NCBI GenBank assembly: GCA_964036045.1
Contig: OZ038379.1
Span: forward strand, 77,748,001 to 77,812,000
Source: Eutreptiella sp. 'Long Island Sound 2002'
Taxonomy: Eukaryota; Protista; Euglenida
Direction of reading: 5' to 3'
Length of the DNA: 64,000 nt
The notes beneath the pieces were generated by a model. That model made no database searches and was not told the origin of the DNA. It saw nothing but the letters and a program-made list of their open reading frames with translations. Below are positions 1 to 13,129 of the stretch, one piece after another. The stretch's first letter is position 1, and each line of letters begins with the position of its first letter. The position numbers and the translations under genes are program-made.

Positions 1-2028
1 GATGCTTCACCCGCCTGCCCCGATCGCCGCATACAACAGTGAGGTGTCATGGGTCGTCCCGACCAGGGTAATAAGGCCCGAACCCCTGTAGGGTATTCCC
101 ATGGCACCGGGGTCTCTACTGGCGGCCGGGCTACGGCAGTATTGGGAGTGGTTGCTCGGGATGCACCGGGGGTGCACGGAGTTGTCTGGGGGTTACGGCG
201 TCGCGGCGCCCCCTGGGAGTGTTACCAGGGGTTACGGGGACGGCCTGCAGGCCCCGGGAGCGGCGACGAGGCGAAGATGTGTGCGTAGAAGGGTATGGCA
301 GTGGGGTCGTCAGGGGGACAGTATGGCGGGCGTCGTGGAGACGGCGTGGCAGCCTGGGAGGAGCGCTCACGGGGGGCACGTGGAGTTCCAGGTGACGGAG
401 TACTGGAGTCTTGGGGGTAAACGCGGCGGTACTGGGATCCGTACGGTGGGGGTACGCGGCGGTACTGGGGAACCGTACAGTGGGGGAGCAGCGGGGAAGT
501 TCCAGGTGACGGTGTACTGGCATCGTGGGGGTATACGCGGCGGTACTGGGGACCGTATGGTGGGGGTACGCGGCGGTACTGGAGGGCCGTACAGTGGGGG
601 CGCTACGGGGTTGCATGGCGGTACTGGGGTGTCCCCCTGACCCCTCTAACAACTCAGGGGGAGCGCGGGGGCATCCCCTGGCCCCGTTAACAAACTAGAG
701 GGACCGTGCCTGCGGGCATGTACATAGTCTAACCTCTGACCATGGCCTTGTGGTTGCGGTGGTGCGTGTCGTGGCGGCTCGCAGGTGGCGTCGGCGTGGC
801 AACAGCGGTACTGCGTGGCGTCGTAGCGAAGAATATGCGGTCGCCACACCACTGAAACGGCTTACCCCTGGGGGGCGCCAGTCCGGTTGGCTAGAGGCGA
901 GGGGGGAAGAGGAGCGGCATGCTGAGTGGTCCGGGGGGTGGCGCGCGGGCCAATGCTATAAGTAGGCTCGCCACGTCGTCGGTGGGGGTCGAACCTGCGG
1001 CCTGACCGCTGCTGTGGCGGAAGAGGCGCAACCACGGGAGCTGGCCAATCAGTGCAGGTAAGGGTCAAGGGTAGGCGCCAGGGCAAAGTATGTGGGCCAG
1101 ATGAGGTGCACCTGGTTACACAGCCCGGAGCGAGCCTCTGGTGGGTACCCCTACAGGGGGTCGATAACCAAGCTACGGCACCCACCAGCCCGAATCCCAG
1201 CCAGCGTTATTCACGGGTTGCGCCACTCCCGTCACGTAGCAGCCGGCGTCCCCCCCTGTAGACCCTCAAGTTATATTATACGTGGGCAAGTGGATGCCTT
1301 GAAGCTGATTGGGTGCTGGCCCCTGACATGGAGTGCCGGCATGGTATATATCAGGGGTGTGGGAGCAGCTCAGGGTCACGGGGACGTGGAATTGGTACCG
1401 TGTTTCTGTACTATACTAGGGGGATGGTGCGGTGGGTCGGTGACGTACATTGTGGAGACATGGGGGCGATGAAAGCTGAGGGCCAGGCTAGGCTGGAGCC
1501 TCCCAGAAATCCTGGCTATGCACATACGGGCTATTGCGTGCTGGCAGAGGGATACGTGGAGTCAGGGGTGGTGGGCAATTTCGAGAACGCAGACGGCAAT
1601 GGATGCCAGGGGGTCATGGGTGATGGATGTCTCCACGGTGGCGGGGGTACGCGAACGACGGAGGGTCAGCTCTTGCTTCGCCGCTTGCGTGCTGCTTTGT
1701 TCCTTGGTTGCCGCTTTGCGACGGACAGAGAAGCCCTTGCTTTCTACTTGTTGCGATGCGGCTGCGTTGCTTTGCCTTGCCCCCATACCCCCGGCGGACA
1801 AACGGACCAGCGCCCGTCGCCGTTGCTGATGCTAACGCCATGCAGTTGCCACTGCCCCCAAAGCCTGGTTGACCGGTATCCCCGGTCCTCTGGGTCCTCC
1901 GTCATGCTGTGGGCCACCTCAGGCAGCCCTGGGACCCACGGGATCGAGCGAGGCAGGAACCACCTGTCGGCGCGAGATGCCCGGTAACTCCAGTAGACGG
2001 CATGATAAGTGGTTATGACTATGACTGT

Positions 2029-2034
<6 letters not shown>
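1..2034 (+). mobile_element. 3' portion of family-A non-LTR retroelement, copy 1 (continues off the left edge), ending in a (GACTAT)n-like tail
   Basis: Co-linear with the reverse complement of 11528-13290. Shared blocks include GTGAGGTGTCATGGGTCGTC, AACAAACTAGAGGGA and a 33-nt identical block (1130-1162 vs 12205-12237). Ends in TATGACTATGACTGTGACTA directly against (TA)n. Confidence 0.85.
371..630 (+). repeat. Internal ~114-bp tandem duplication with 34-bp subrepeats
   Basis: GTTCCAGGTGACGG at 385 and 499; ACGCGGCGGTACTGG at about 421, 455, 535 and 569. Confidence 0.85.

Positions 2035-2094
<60 letters not shown>
2032..2094. repeat. (TA)n microsatellite tract
   Basis: Direct reading. Confidence 0.98.
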
Positions 2095-2096
<2 letters not shown>

Positions 2097-4636
2097 AGCC
2101 CAGGGGTGCCACTGGGTTTACACGGCCAAGCCGGACGGAGCTCCCACCGGCAACCCCCCCCCCGCATGGGAGGGTGCACTCCATAAGCGCCAGCCCCCCC
2201 GCCCCCCCTCAGCCCCCGCGAAAAAAGGGACTCCGGCGCGGAGGGTTGGGGATATAGTCCCATGCCGCGCGGCCATGAATCGACATGGCCCTACACCGGG
2301 CGATACACGCCCCCCCCCCCCCCTCGCTCAAGAGGGGCACCCGTCGTCCCCCGGGCACGGAGCAACCCGCCCCCCCCCACACCACCGAAGGGGCGGGGGG
2401 GAGAGCAAGGAGGCCAGAGCGACGACACGCAACACAGGTACGGGCGGGCCAGGCGCCGCGCGCAGCGCGGTGGACCCGGACGTGCCTTACACGTAGGAAG
2501 AGAAACGGTGCGAGCGCGCCGGAGCGACACGCGCGAGCCCCAGTGCGCATGGTTCATGCGAAGTATAGCGTGTCACGCAGCCCCTGCCGCCCGTGGCCTG
2601 CAGCCTAGGGGGCCCTGGCCTAGCGCCGGGACATAGCGGCAGCAACCAACCAACCAACCAACCCCCCCCCCCTTCAAGGAACGGCCGCCCACGGGAGCCC
2701 TCGCCCAGCCCCCGGGGGCCTCTCGGGGTTCGCCCCCGAGCCCGCCAGACCCTTCCACGCCCCCCCCCTCACCAGCCGCAGCCCATGGGCCCGCCCGGTC
2801 TCCCCCGCGCCGGTCCACAACCACCAGGGACCCGGGCCCCGGAGCCCCGGTGCCCAGCCCCGCCCGCCCCCCCGGTATCCATCCGGCGGGGCCCGTCCCG
2901 GTCCGGTTCGGCCGCGAGGGGATGGCGTGGCGCTCCTCCCGCCTCCACCAGGATTCGCCCCCGTGGATGATGCTCGGCGGGATTCGTCCCCGCCGAGCGG
3001 GGTGTGGGCCCCACCGCTGACCGCGGCCCCCCGACTCCGCGAGCGCCCTGGGCTCCCCGGCCGACTTTGGCCAGCCCCGACCGCTCCTCTGCCCCGGTCA
3101 GCCGCCCGGTGACGCTCTGCGGCTGAGGTCACCTCACCCCCTCCCCCTCACGCGCGCGCCCGCCCACCAACCCACACCCCCCCCCCCCCCCACGTGCTCG
3201 ACGTCCCCCCACCACCCCTGCCCACCGCTCCGCCTCTCAGATGGACGACGCCACCATGGTGAGCTGCCGCAGCCGCCGACGGTCGGCCGCCGGGCTAACA
3301 AGAGGACCCCCCCATACGCGGTGGGGGTCCAGGCCTTGCCCCCCCTTCCCCCTGCTGCATGCATCATGGCGTGGCGTGAGTCATACCTCCCTCCCTATGC
3401 ACCATGTGTCATGGCCGCGAGTGGCCTTTGCCTCTCCCTCCTCACACTGACCGAAAGGGGGGGGCCGACGGCCCCTGGGTGGGGCCCCCAGAACCCCCGG
3501 CGCAGCGACGCCCGACTGGAGGGTGGTGGGGCCCGCCGGTGCGCGGTTCGAGCCCCCGCCACCCTCCTTCCGCTGGCCGCGACCCCCCGTCCCCCCCAGG
3601 CCCCCCCTGTCCCCCACCCCGGCTGGCGCGGCGCGGCCCGCGCGTGCCGTTCGAGCCCGCGCCGCCCCTTGTTGCATTATACGGACAGTGCGGGCCGCAA
3701 GGAGAGCGGAGGGGCCCCGCACTGCCCCGAGCGCCCCCCCCCACAACGGCTGGCGCTAGAGGCCTGGCAGCGCCTGGCGGGCTGTTGTGCAGGGGGGGCG
3801 AGGCGACCGGGCGCTTCATACCCGCCCCCAACTGGGGTCTGTGCCCACGGCACCGGGCACAGTCGCCGGTTGGGGGGTACCTCACCGCCACCCTCCACCG
3901 CACCACGGGCACAAGGGAGAGGTAATAGCCCCGGGCATCGGCCTCCCCTAGGCCGAAGGCAGGTGCCGACCGCCAGGCTCATCCTGGCCCCCCACTTCCT
4001 CTTCGTAATCATCCCCCTTGGCTGTCCCGGCCGACAGTCCCCGCGGCGGGTAAGTTCCTGGGGTCAAATCCTAAGAACTTCGGTGACGAAAGAACAGGCC
4101 GAGGTTTCGCACCCAGCCGACGTGGGGAGCCTCCGCCCCCACGGGGCCCCAGGGCACACCGGCCATCCCAGCCAGGGATAACCCGCCGCCGGCGCCCCCT
4201 TCCCCCGCCCCAGGCTCTCCGGCCTCAGTCCCCAAGCAGTCTTCACCCTCATCACTTCCTCGTAGTAGGGCACCGGTAGCAGGACGCACCCACCACCACC
4301 ACACGCCACCGACCCCAAGAGCCCAGCTCTGGACCACCCACCCCGCCCAACCCCCCCCCACCCACGCCCAGCGACGACCACCACCCGCACCTGACCCACG
4401 CCCCCCCACCTTTCTACATTTGCGCCACTGCCGGTAGCACTGTTCGCTCTGCATGCCGGAGCCTCCGGGCCCTGAGCGCTTGCGTCGGCTGCTCCCTCCC
4501 TCCCGCCCGCGCACCCGTACCAACCCCTCCCACCCCCACCCCACACCACGACTGGCGCCCACAGCCGGCACCGGACCTCCCACCCCCCGGCACGCCGTGT
4601 GTCGGAACCTCCCTTGCTCCGCTCCCCACAGGCACC

Positions 4637-6063
4637 ATGGCTCACCCATTCTCAGCTCTGTCCCCCAACCTCCAGCGCGAACAGTTGACGGCGGCCGACG
4701 CCTGGCCCCTCCTGTCCATCGCCCTGGACTCCCAGCAACCCCCACGCCTGCTGGCCTCTGCGCGCCACATGCCGGCAAATGTGGACGTCCTCTCCATCCC
4801 CCTCGCCGGCTCCCCCATCGAAGCCAGCCCCCTCCTCTGGTGGTTCGCCTTCACCGAGCAGCTCACCGAGAACGAGATCTCCCTCCTCACCGCACACCAC
4901 GACGCCACCCCCGTCAGACTGGGAGACACTCTTCCAGGCTGGCCCCACCCCGAGCTCCCAGGACACGCTGACCCTGCTCGACAGCCTCTCCTCCGTCCCC
5001 GAGGCCGACGCCCACCACACGGCCATGTGCATTGTGGCTATGGGCAAGAACTGCCACCTGCCCCCCAGGAACGTGCAGCACCTCTCGGTCTCCACGTCCA
5101 CCGCCAGCCTGGTGCTCGCCGCCAAGGGTGCCTGGCACTCCTGCCCCGACCTCCACAAGCCCACCCTCCGCCTCCACCTCAACAAGCTCCTCACCTTGGT
5201 CTCCCAACGGTACGGAGCCGCCGCCTCCTCCGCGGCCTCCCTGCCTGCCCTCCAGGCCATCCAGCCCCTCATCACAGCCGCTCAGGCCCATGCCAACACT
5301 CCCTGGCCAACGGCGGCCTTCACCATCGCCAGCGCCCCCTCCTTCCCCATAGAGGCCTACCAGGACCTCCAACACATCTCCTCCGCCGACACCCTCCGCG
5401 CAGCCATCGCACGGCTGTGTGGCCGTCTCTCCACCCCGGCCCAGTTCCAGGAGCTCATCTCCTACACCAAAACTGCCCTCCCCCCCCCGCTCCACGGCGG
5501 ACCTGGACTGGTTCTGCCTTGGCTCCTCCGCACCGCCAGCGCACTCCCTGCAAGCCCCTGGCGCCGCCGCCCCGCATGCGCCACTCTTCGCCCCACCCCT
5601 CCTCGGCCAGCCCCCCCTCCCGGGCGCCCCCGCGCCCTCCGCCACCGGCGCCACCCCCGCCTCCTCGGTCCCCACCTTCGCCCCCGTCGGCTCCTCGCCA
5701 GCCACCACCGGCTTCGTCCGCGTCTCAGGCCTCCGCCTAGGCCCGCACCCCTCCATGGCAGTCACCCTCACCCACAACCTGCAGACCGTCGTGTACGTCA
5801 CTGACGCCGACGCCCGCCGCGGGCACGCGTTCGCCCACATCGCCCCCGCCCTGCACACCTCCCTCTTCGCCTCGCTGCCCACGCGCGTCATCCAGCACAA
5901 CGAGGGCTGGTCCCTTACGGTCCGGGGCAGACGGGACGATGGGCAACCTTGGCACGCCCCCACTGCCACTCTCAACACCCCACCCTCCCACCGCCCGCCC
6001 GACCCTCAGCCCCGCCCCGCCAAACGCAGCCGCCAGCAGTCACCCCCCCGTTCCTCCCCGTGA
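4637..6063 (+). pseudogene. Frameshifted ORF1-like coding region of element B, function unknown
   Basis: Strong third-position C bias (ctc, gcc, acc, tcc). The protein-like path runs MAHPFSALSPNL... then TLTLLDSLSSVPEADAHH...FQELISYTK then FVRVSGLRLG...VIQHNEGWSLTVRGRR, ending at TGA 6061-6063. It needs about two frameshifts (ORFs 4637, 4779, 5419). Confidence 0.55.
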
Positions 6064-7182
6064 CGCTCCCCGCGGCACCATGGCCGCACAACACCCTCGG
6101 CCCCCTCGTCAGGCAGGGCAGTCCGCGGCGCCATGTTCCCCAGTGCCCGCAGACACAACTGACTCGCCCTGCCGGACACGCTCCCCGCCTCCAGCGCTCC
6201 CGACCTCCCGACCCTAGCCTGGACGACTTTCCTCGCCTCCCACTTCCCCCGCCCACTCCACGCCCACCACGCCGGGGCTGACCTTCTCTCCGCCCCGGAG
6301 CCCCGTCCCCAGTCCCACGCCCGTGGGGCCCCCCCCCGCGCACCCGCTCCACCACCGGCCTCCGCCCCCCGTATATGCCTTCACTGCGGCACGCTGCGGC
6401 GCCCTGCCCTCACGCGCTGCCCCGTGTGCACACACTCTGCTGACCTTCTCCCCCTTGGCCTCCCCCCGGCCGCCGACCTCCCCCCGGGCCCCCTCCGAGA
6501 CCTCCTGCACGCCGCCCAGGTCTCCACGTCGCTACCCCCCTCGCTCCTCGCCTACGCCCTCCCCACAGTGTGCGGTTGGCTCGCCTCCTTCCCCCGCCAG
6601 CGCGGTGACCCCACCTTCTGGATCACCCCTCCCCTGCACGTGGACGCCAAGTGGACCGCCTTCTGGAACACCGCCCACTTGCCTACAACCCCCCTCCCCC
6701 CGTCCCCAGCGTACACTCGCTCGTCAGGCCCGACCTCAGCGTGGGCACTACACCCCGCCCTCCCCGACGCCCCGCTCGTCACCTCCTCCGCTTGCCCCGA
6801 TTGTGGACGCCCCACGCCTCACACCGCCTTCGTCGACCTCCCCACATCGCCGACCGACCACTGGCCTCACTTCTTCTGCACCTCCCCCCACAAGGCCCCG
6901 CCTGTGTGCACTCGTGACATCGCCGCCCGCTGTGTGGTCAGCTTCCAAGGCATGCTACTGCCCGGGGCTGTCCCCCACGTCGCGGGCCGCGGACATCCTC
7001 CCGCTCCTCGCCGCCACCCCCCCCCCGGGCATCGCATACTGCTTGCCGCCAACCCCTCGGTCCTCAGTGAGGTCCTCATCGGGCACGCCGACGCCCTGCA
7101 CGTGCGCCCGCTGCTGCCCGACCTGCACGCTGCGTACGCCCCCGGCACGCCCGTCGACCCCTCCGTGTGGGACTCCCAGTGA
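6064..7182 (+). pseudogene. Second coding region of element B with Cys-rich motifs
   Basis: Reads ICLHCGTLRRPALTRCPVC (CxxC-x10-CxxC, near 6370-6428) into ORF 6424-7182, which contains ACPDCGRPTPH...HWPHFFC. Same NNC codon bias; one upstream in-frame stop near 6279-6281. Confidence 0.5.
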
Positions 7183-7870
7183 GGCCACCGGCCATCGGCC
7201 GGCCCGCACGCACCACCCCGCACTCGCCTCGGGCACTTGACCCCGTGGACGCCGCTACCCACGCGCCCGGCCCCGGCCTCGGCCCCCGGGCAGCGCTCCC
7301 TGCCACCCGCGGGTCCCACGGCCCTCAGGGGGCCCCCAACGGGCACGCCGACACCCTTGCACGTGCGCCCCCCGCAGCTTGGCCTGCACAGCGCGCTCGC
7401 CCCCGGCAAGCCCCCGGACCCCACAGTGTGGGGCCCTTGGAGCCTCTGCCGACCGCCGGCTGGGCCGCCCACGCCTCCCAGCGACCGCCAAGGCCCCCGC
7501 ACCCACTCGGCCGCCCGCCGCTACCCATGCGCCCGGCCCCGGCCTTTGCCCCAGGCAACGCAACCAGCTCACCGCAGGTCCCTCGGCCCGCAGAGGGGCC
7601 CGCACCGGGCACGCCGACGCCCTTGCGCGCGCGCCCTCCGCAGCATGGCCTGCAGGACGCGCCCTCCCCCGGCACGCCCACCGACCCCACTGTGTGGGAC
7701 GCTCAGGGCCACTGCCGACCGCCGGCTGGACCGCCCGCGACCCCCTGCGACCGCCACGGGCCCCGCACCCGCATGGCGCCACGTCCTACCCGGCCGCCCG
7801 CCGCTACCCATGCGCCCGGCCCGGGCTGCAACCCCCCGCGGGCTGTGCCGCGCGGCCTCCCGTACGCAGG
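7081..7870 (+). repeat. Three diverged ~260-266-bp tandem units
   Basis: GGGCACGCCGAC at 7081, 7341 and 7607. Each unit encodes an L(H/R)(V/A)RP...PGxPxDPxVW-like peptide. Confidence 0.8.
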
Positions 7871-8524
7871 GCACAGGGACAGGCACCAGGGAACTGCACC
7901 TGAACCGAACATAGCACGCCAGCGACAGTGAACCCATGTTCGTGCTCTTGTGCTCCCGCCCTTGTGCCCTCCCTCCCCCATGACCGACGCGCGCGCGCGC
8001 CCGCACTACCGGGGACGAGGCGGCCACAGCACAACACCAACAGAGGTGACTAGGCGCCGGCAGACCGCAACTCCCAGGCCTCCCCTCGCCCCCGTAGAAG
8101 GCTAGAAGCACGGGCCAGCGCCCCCGGCCACGCCACGGCCTCACACGAGGAACGGCCACCTCGGCGGGATGTTCGGGCAAGGCGCGGACTGTCCGTGGAC
8201 CCGGGCGTGCCTTCCCCACCCCAAGGTCACCGCCCCACCCTCCGCCCCCGCCACAGCCGCTTCGCACAGGACGAGTAACTCTCCCCCGGCGAGACGGGGG
8301 AGGGCTCCAGGGTGACGTCCTCAGGTGGCCCCACCCTCCTCCACGCCCCCCCCCCCACACCACGGCGCCCCCCCCCCCCCCCCCCCCTCGGTCGTCGTCG
8401 GCACACGCCCGGCCAGCGTGACGCCGGCCGACTGCTCCCTTGCGCCCTGCCCACGGAGAGCGTGTCTGGCAATTTCTCCCGCCGGCACGTGCTGGGTGCC
8501 CTCAACAACAACAACAACAAAAAC

Positions 8525-8856
<332 letters not shown>

Positions 8857-8867
<11 letters not shown>

Positions 8868-9123
8868 TGTTGTTGTTGAGGGCACCCAGCACGTGCCGGC
8901 ACTTTCAGCAGCCCCAGCACCCAAGGCAAAGCGCCGCTTATGACTACCAGGTTGGCCCCCAAATCTGGACCTAAATCCTGAAATTGTGCCCTCCCACTGT
9001 CTCGGATCAAGCTAATTCCTCTTTTTTGGAGTTTCTCGACCCAAAAATAGGGGGGGGGTCCCGGGTCCCCACCCAACCCCGGCCCATGGGTCCCTAGGGG
9101 GGGGGGGGGGGCTTGACGCCTTG

Positions 9124-9127
<4 letters not shown>
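8857..9127 (-). mobile_element. Family-C ~270-bp SINE-like element, copy 1
   Basis: Near-identical to 11006-11275 and flanked by (TA)n. On the minus strand it ends in the same 23-nt GCCGGCACGTGCTGGGTGCCCTC plus (AAC)n as element B. Confidence 0.75.
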
Positions 9128-9165
<38 letters not shown>

Positions 9166-9187
9166 ATATGTATATATATATATATAG

Positions 9188-9236
<49 letters not shown>

Positions 9237-9241
9237 CATAC

Positions 9242-9273
<32 letters not shown>

Positions 9274-9331
9274 GTATATATGTATATATATATATATATA
9301 TATCTATATATATATATATATATATATATAT

Positions 9332-9375
<44 letters not shown>

Positions 9376-9380
9376 ATCTA

Positions 9381-9416
<36 letters not shown>

Positions 9417-9420
9417 TATA

Positions 9421-9452
<32 letters not shown>

Positions 9453-9453
9453 C

Positions 9454-9533
<80 letters not shown>

Positions 9534-9661
9534 ATATATATATATATATATATCTATATATATATCTATATCTATATATATATATATATATCTCTCTCTC
9601 TATATATATATATATATATCTATATATATATATATATATATCTATATATATATATATATAT

Positions 9662-9709
<48 letters not shown>

Positions 9710-9762
9710 ATATATATATATATATATATATATATAGATATATATATATATATATATATATA
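9128..9762. repeat. Degenerate (TA)n tract
   Basis: Direct reading. Confidence 0.98.
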
Positions 9763-10971
9763 TTACAACACCCCTCTCCCCTTAAATCTAGCTAACAAGC
9801 AACAAGCAAGCAACAACAAGCAACAACAAGCGAGCAACAACAAGCAAGCACTTCTCCTCACCGTTTTGGCCATTGCTCCACCTCATCGCTTCGGGCTCTA
9901 CTCTACTCTAGCCATCTTGGAGCCTAGGTGGTGGCCTTGCCAAATCCAAGTTCTGAGCTAAAAACTCAGCGGTGGCGGCCCGGGGCGGGGGTGCCAAGTC
10001 GGGACGTGCCCTCCCAAATCTGCGCAGCTTTGGGCCAAAAACAGCCATTTTTCGCCCAAAACAGCCCCAAAACCCGGGCGAAACGCCCAAACGAAGGGAT
10101 ACGGTGAGTACACCGCACGTGCGGCTTCACTTCACCGTGTCAAAGAGCTCTCTAGTGCCCTTTAATTCCACGATATGTCGGAGAAACGGCCCAAAAAGGC
10201 GCCAAAAAGCCCCAAAAGCCTGCGCAATGCGCACCAACACCCCGAAACCAAGCACGGGGCGTATCTTGGGCTACGTGGCTCAAATCCGAATTCCGAAGGC
10301 ACCTAGTCCACCCGCAACCCCCCACTTTTTGTGGTTTCCAAGCCTCAGAATCGCCCAACGAGCCACTCACACCCCCGTACCAGTGGTCACTTGGTGGAGC
10401 CGGAGGGCAGCCCGGCCCGCGCACGTTGGGGGCCAACGGTGGGTCCACCAGGGTCCCCGGGGCGAAAAAAATCATTTTTTCCAAAGTTGTTCCTAGACCA
10501 CTTAGGATGTTCAGAGAAGTGTTTTTAGGCCGTTTTGAGCCCGTGGTGGTGCGTTATGGGCCACGGAAAATCCCAAAATGCCTTGAAAATGGGCCGTTTT
10601 GGGACCAAAAATGGGTCAAAAATGGGTGAAAAACGCGTTTTTCCAAAAATGATCCTGGACCATTTATGATGCTCAAACAAGTGGTTTTAGCCCATTTTGA
10701 GCCCGTGGGGACGGGTTTTGGCTCCTGGAAACTCCCAAAATGCCTTGAACATGGGCCATTTTGGGACCAAAAATGGGTCAAAAACGCGTTTTTCCAAAAG
10801 TGATCCCGGACCATTTGGGATGCTCAAACATGTGTTTTTAGCCCGTTTTGAGCCCGTTTTGACCGAGTTTAGCCCCTTCCACCACATGTATGCACCACTT
10901 TGTGCCCTTCGCACGTACCTTAGAGCCGTGTGGTGGAGCCACCTAGAGTTGGGAGAGGGGTGTAGATTGGA

Positions 10972-10973
<2 letters not shown>
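9763..10973. mobile_element. ~1.2-kb non-coding MITE-like insertion in (TA)n
   Basis: 13-bp subterminal inverted repeat ACACCCCTCTCCC (9768-9780) / GGGAGAGGGGTGT (10951-10963). Internal ~170-bp direct repeats (TTTGGGACCAAAAATGGGTCAAAA at about 10588 and 10760). TA tracts on both sides. Confidence 0.55.

Positions 10974-11005
<32 letters not shown>
10974..11005. repeat. (TA)n tract
   Basis: Direct reading. Confidence 0.98.
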
Positions 11006-11532
<527 letters not shown>

Positions 11533-13129
11533 CATAGTCATAGTCATAGTCATAACCACTTTTCATACCGGCTACTGGAGTAACTGGGCATCTCGCACCC
11601 ACAGGTGGTTCCTACCTTGCTCGATCCCGTAGTCGCAGGGCCGCCTAAAGTGCCTCCTATGGGTGCAATGCAGCAAACAAGAAACGAAGGAACATGCAAG
11701 CGGCGAAGCAAGACATGGCCCCGGTACGGTGTCCACCCCAGGTATCCTTTGACGTTTGGTCGCCTTAGACCATGTGCACCCTGCAACCGGTAGCGCACGT
11801 GCAGAAGTCCAAATATGCGCAGCCAGGGTTTTGGGGGAGCTCCAGCCTAGCCTGGCCCTCAACTTTCATTGTACAAGCCATAAATACTATGTGCCCACCC
11901 CAGGCACCTCCGTACCCCCAGATTGAGATCCATGATCGTATACAAGCACACAATAATGCTCCACTGCCACCATTAGCCATGAGCCGCGCCCGCGGTGTAC
12001 CCCCTTCGGATCCGACATACATATAGGACTGGTACCTTGTTCCCAAGAGTCTGACCTGAGCTACCCCGTGGTATTTGTACATACCCTGATATACTATGTC
12101 ACAAGGGTCCACAGGGGGATGCCGGCCGCCCTGCGGCATGAGAGGCACAACCCGTGAATACCGCTGGCTGGATTCGGGCTGGTGGGTGCCATAGCTTGGT
12201 TATGGACCCCCTGTAGGGGTACCCACCAGAGGCTCGCCCCGGGCCGTGTTTACCAAGTTCACGTTATCTGGCCCACATACGTTGCCTGACGCCTACCGTT
12301 CACCCTTACCTACACTGATTGGCCAGCTCCCGTGGTCGTGCCAAGCCGCACGTTTGGCATCCACCGACAGCGTGGCATGCCTACTAGCATAGGCTTGTGC
12401 CTCACCCCACGGACCTCTCACACAGAGTGTACGACGATACATCACGGGCCGTTCATGCCATGTTCCCCCTATATAGTTCTGCGCGCTCGCTGCCACCGGT
12501 AGGCTATGCGTGCTGCTTGTGTCTCGGTGTCGCCCCACCGCCTCTTCGCACCGCCGCAGGGCCATACCGTCACACCACCAGGTTGGCCCATTACCTGTGG
12601 GTGCCTTTCCCCGCGCTCATGACCGCCACCTCTCCCCCCGCCGTGCTACTAGTTTCATGTGCACAGGTGAGATGGTTAGGCCATGTACATGCCCGCAAGC
12701 ATTATCCCTCTAGTTTGTTTGAGGGGCCAGGGAATGTCTGAGTACTCCCTCTGGGATGTTCCGGGGGTCGGAGGGACACCCCGGCACCACCATGAGTCGC
12801 CCCAGGGGTCATAGGACACCCAAGCACTCCCACTGAATTGTTTCCGGGGCCCGTGGGCGGCCGCTTTACCTGCCTGAGTTGGTCCCGGGGTCAGGGGACG
12901 GCCCCCTACTCCCACTGATTTTCCTCCAGGGCCCATGGGCGTCCCCAACGCCTCCTCGGCTCCACTAGTCCTCCATTCACCACCGACTTGTAGCACCCCC
13001 ACACAACCGATGCCGCCGCTCATGCGGCTGTGACTGCATGCGGCGACCGGCCTACCGAGCTGCTACCCGGCCAATACTAGTGTCGTGGGTACAGGGACAT
13101 TGACATATTCACTCAACCCCCAGAGTAAC

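Larger units (their letters stand above)
2095..8524 (+). mobile_element. Family-B 6.4-kb GC-rich element, probably a non-autonomous (RT-less) non-LTR retroelement with (AAC)n tail
   Basis: Bounded by (TA)n on both sides. The 3' end is GCCGGCACGTGCTGGGTGCCCTC(AAC)n (8481-8524). Contains frameshifted coding-like sequence at 4637-7182, with no RT or endonuclease motif seen. Confidence 0.6.

Noticed and set aside
2095-2200. HDV-like ribozyme at the 5' end of element B
   Set aside because: Stems exist (GGGGTGC/GCACTCC, GCCGG/CCGGC), but I could not build the nested double pseudoknot or the catalytic C strand. A descriptor search would be needed.
2209-4645. Numerous long Pro/Gly/Arg-rich ORFs on both strands
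   Set aside because: Expected from very high GC and homopolymer runs; no codon periodicity like that seen from 4637 onward.
8990-9127. tRNA-derived head or Pol III A/B boxes in element C
   Set aside because: No cloverleaf, and only a poor B-box-like GGTCGAGAA.
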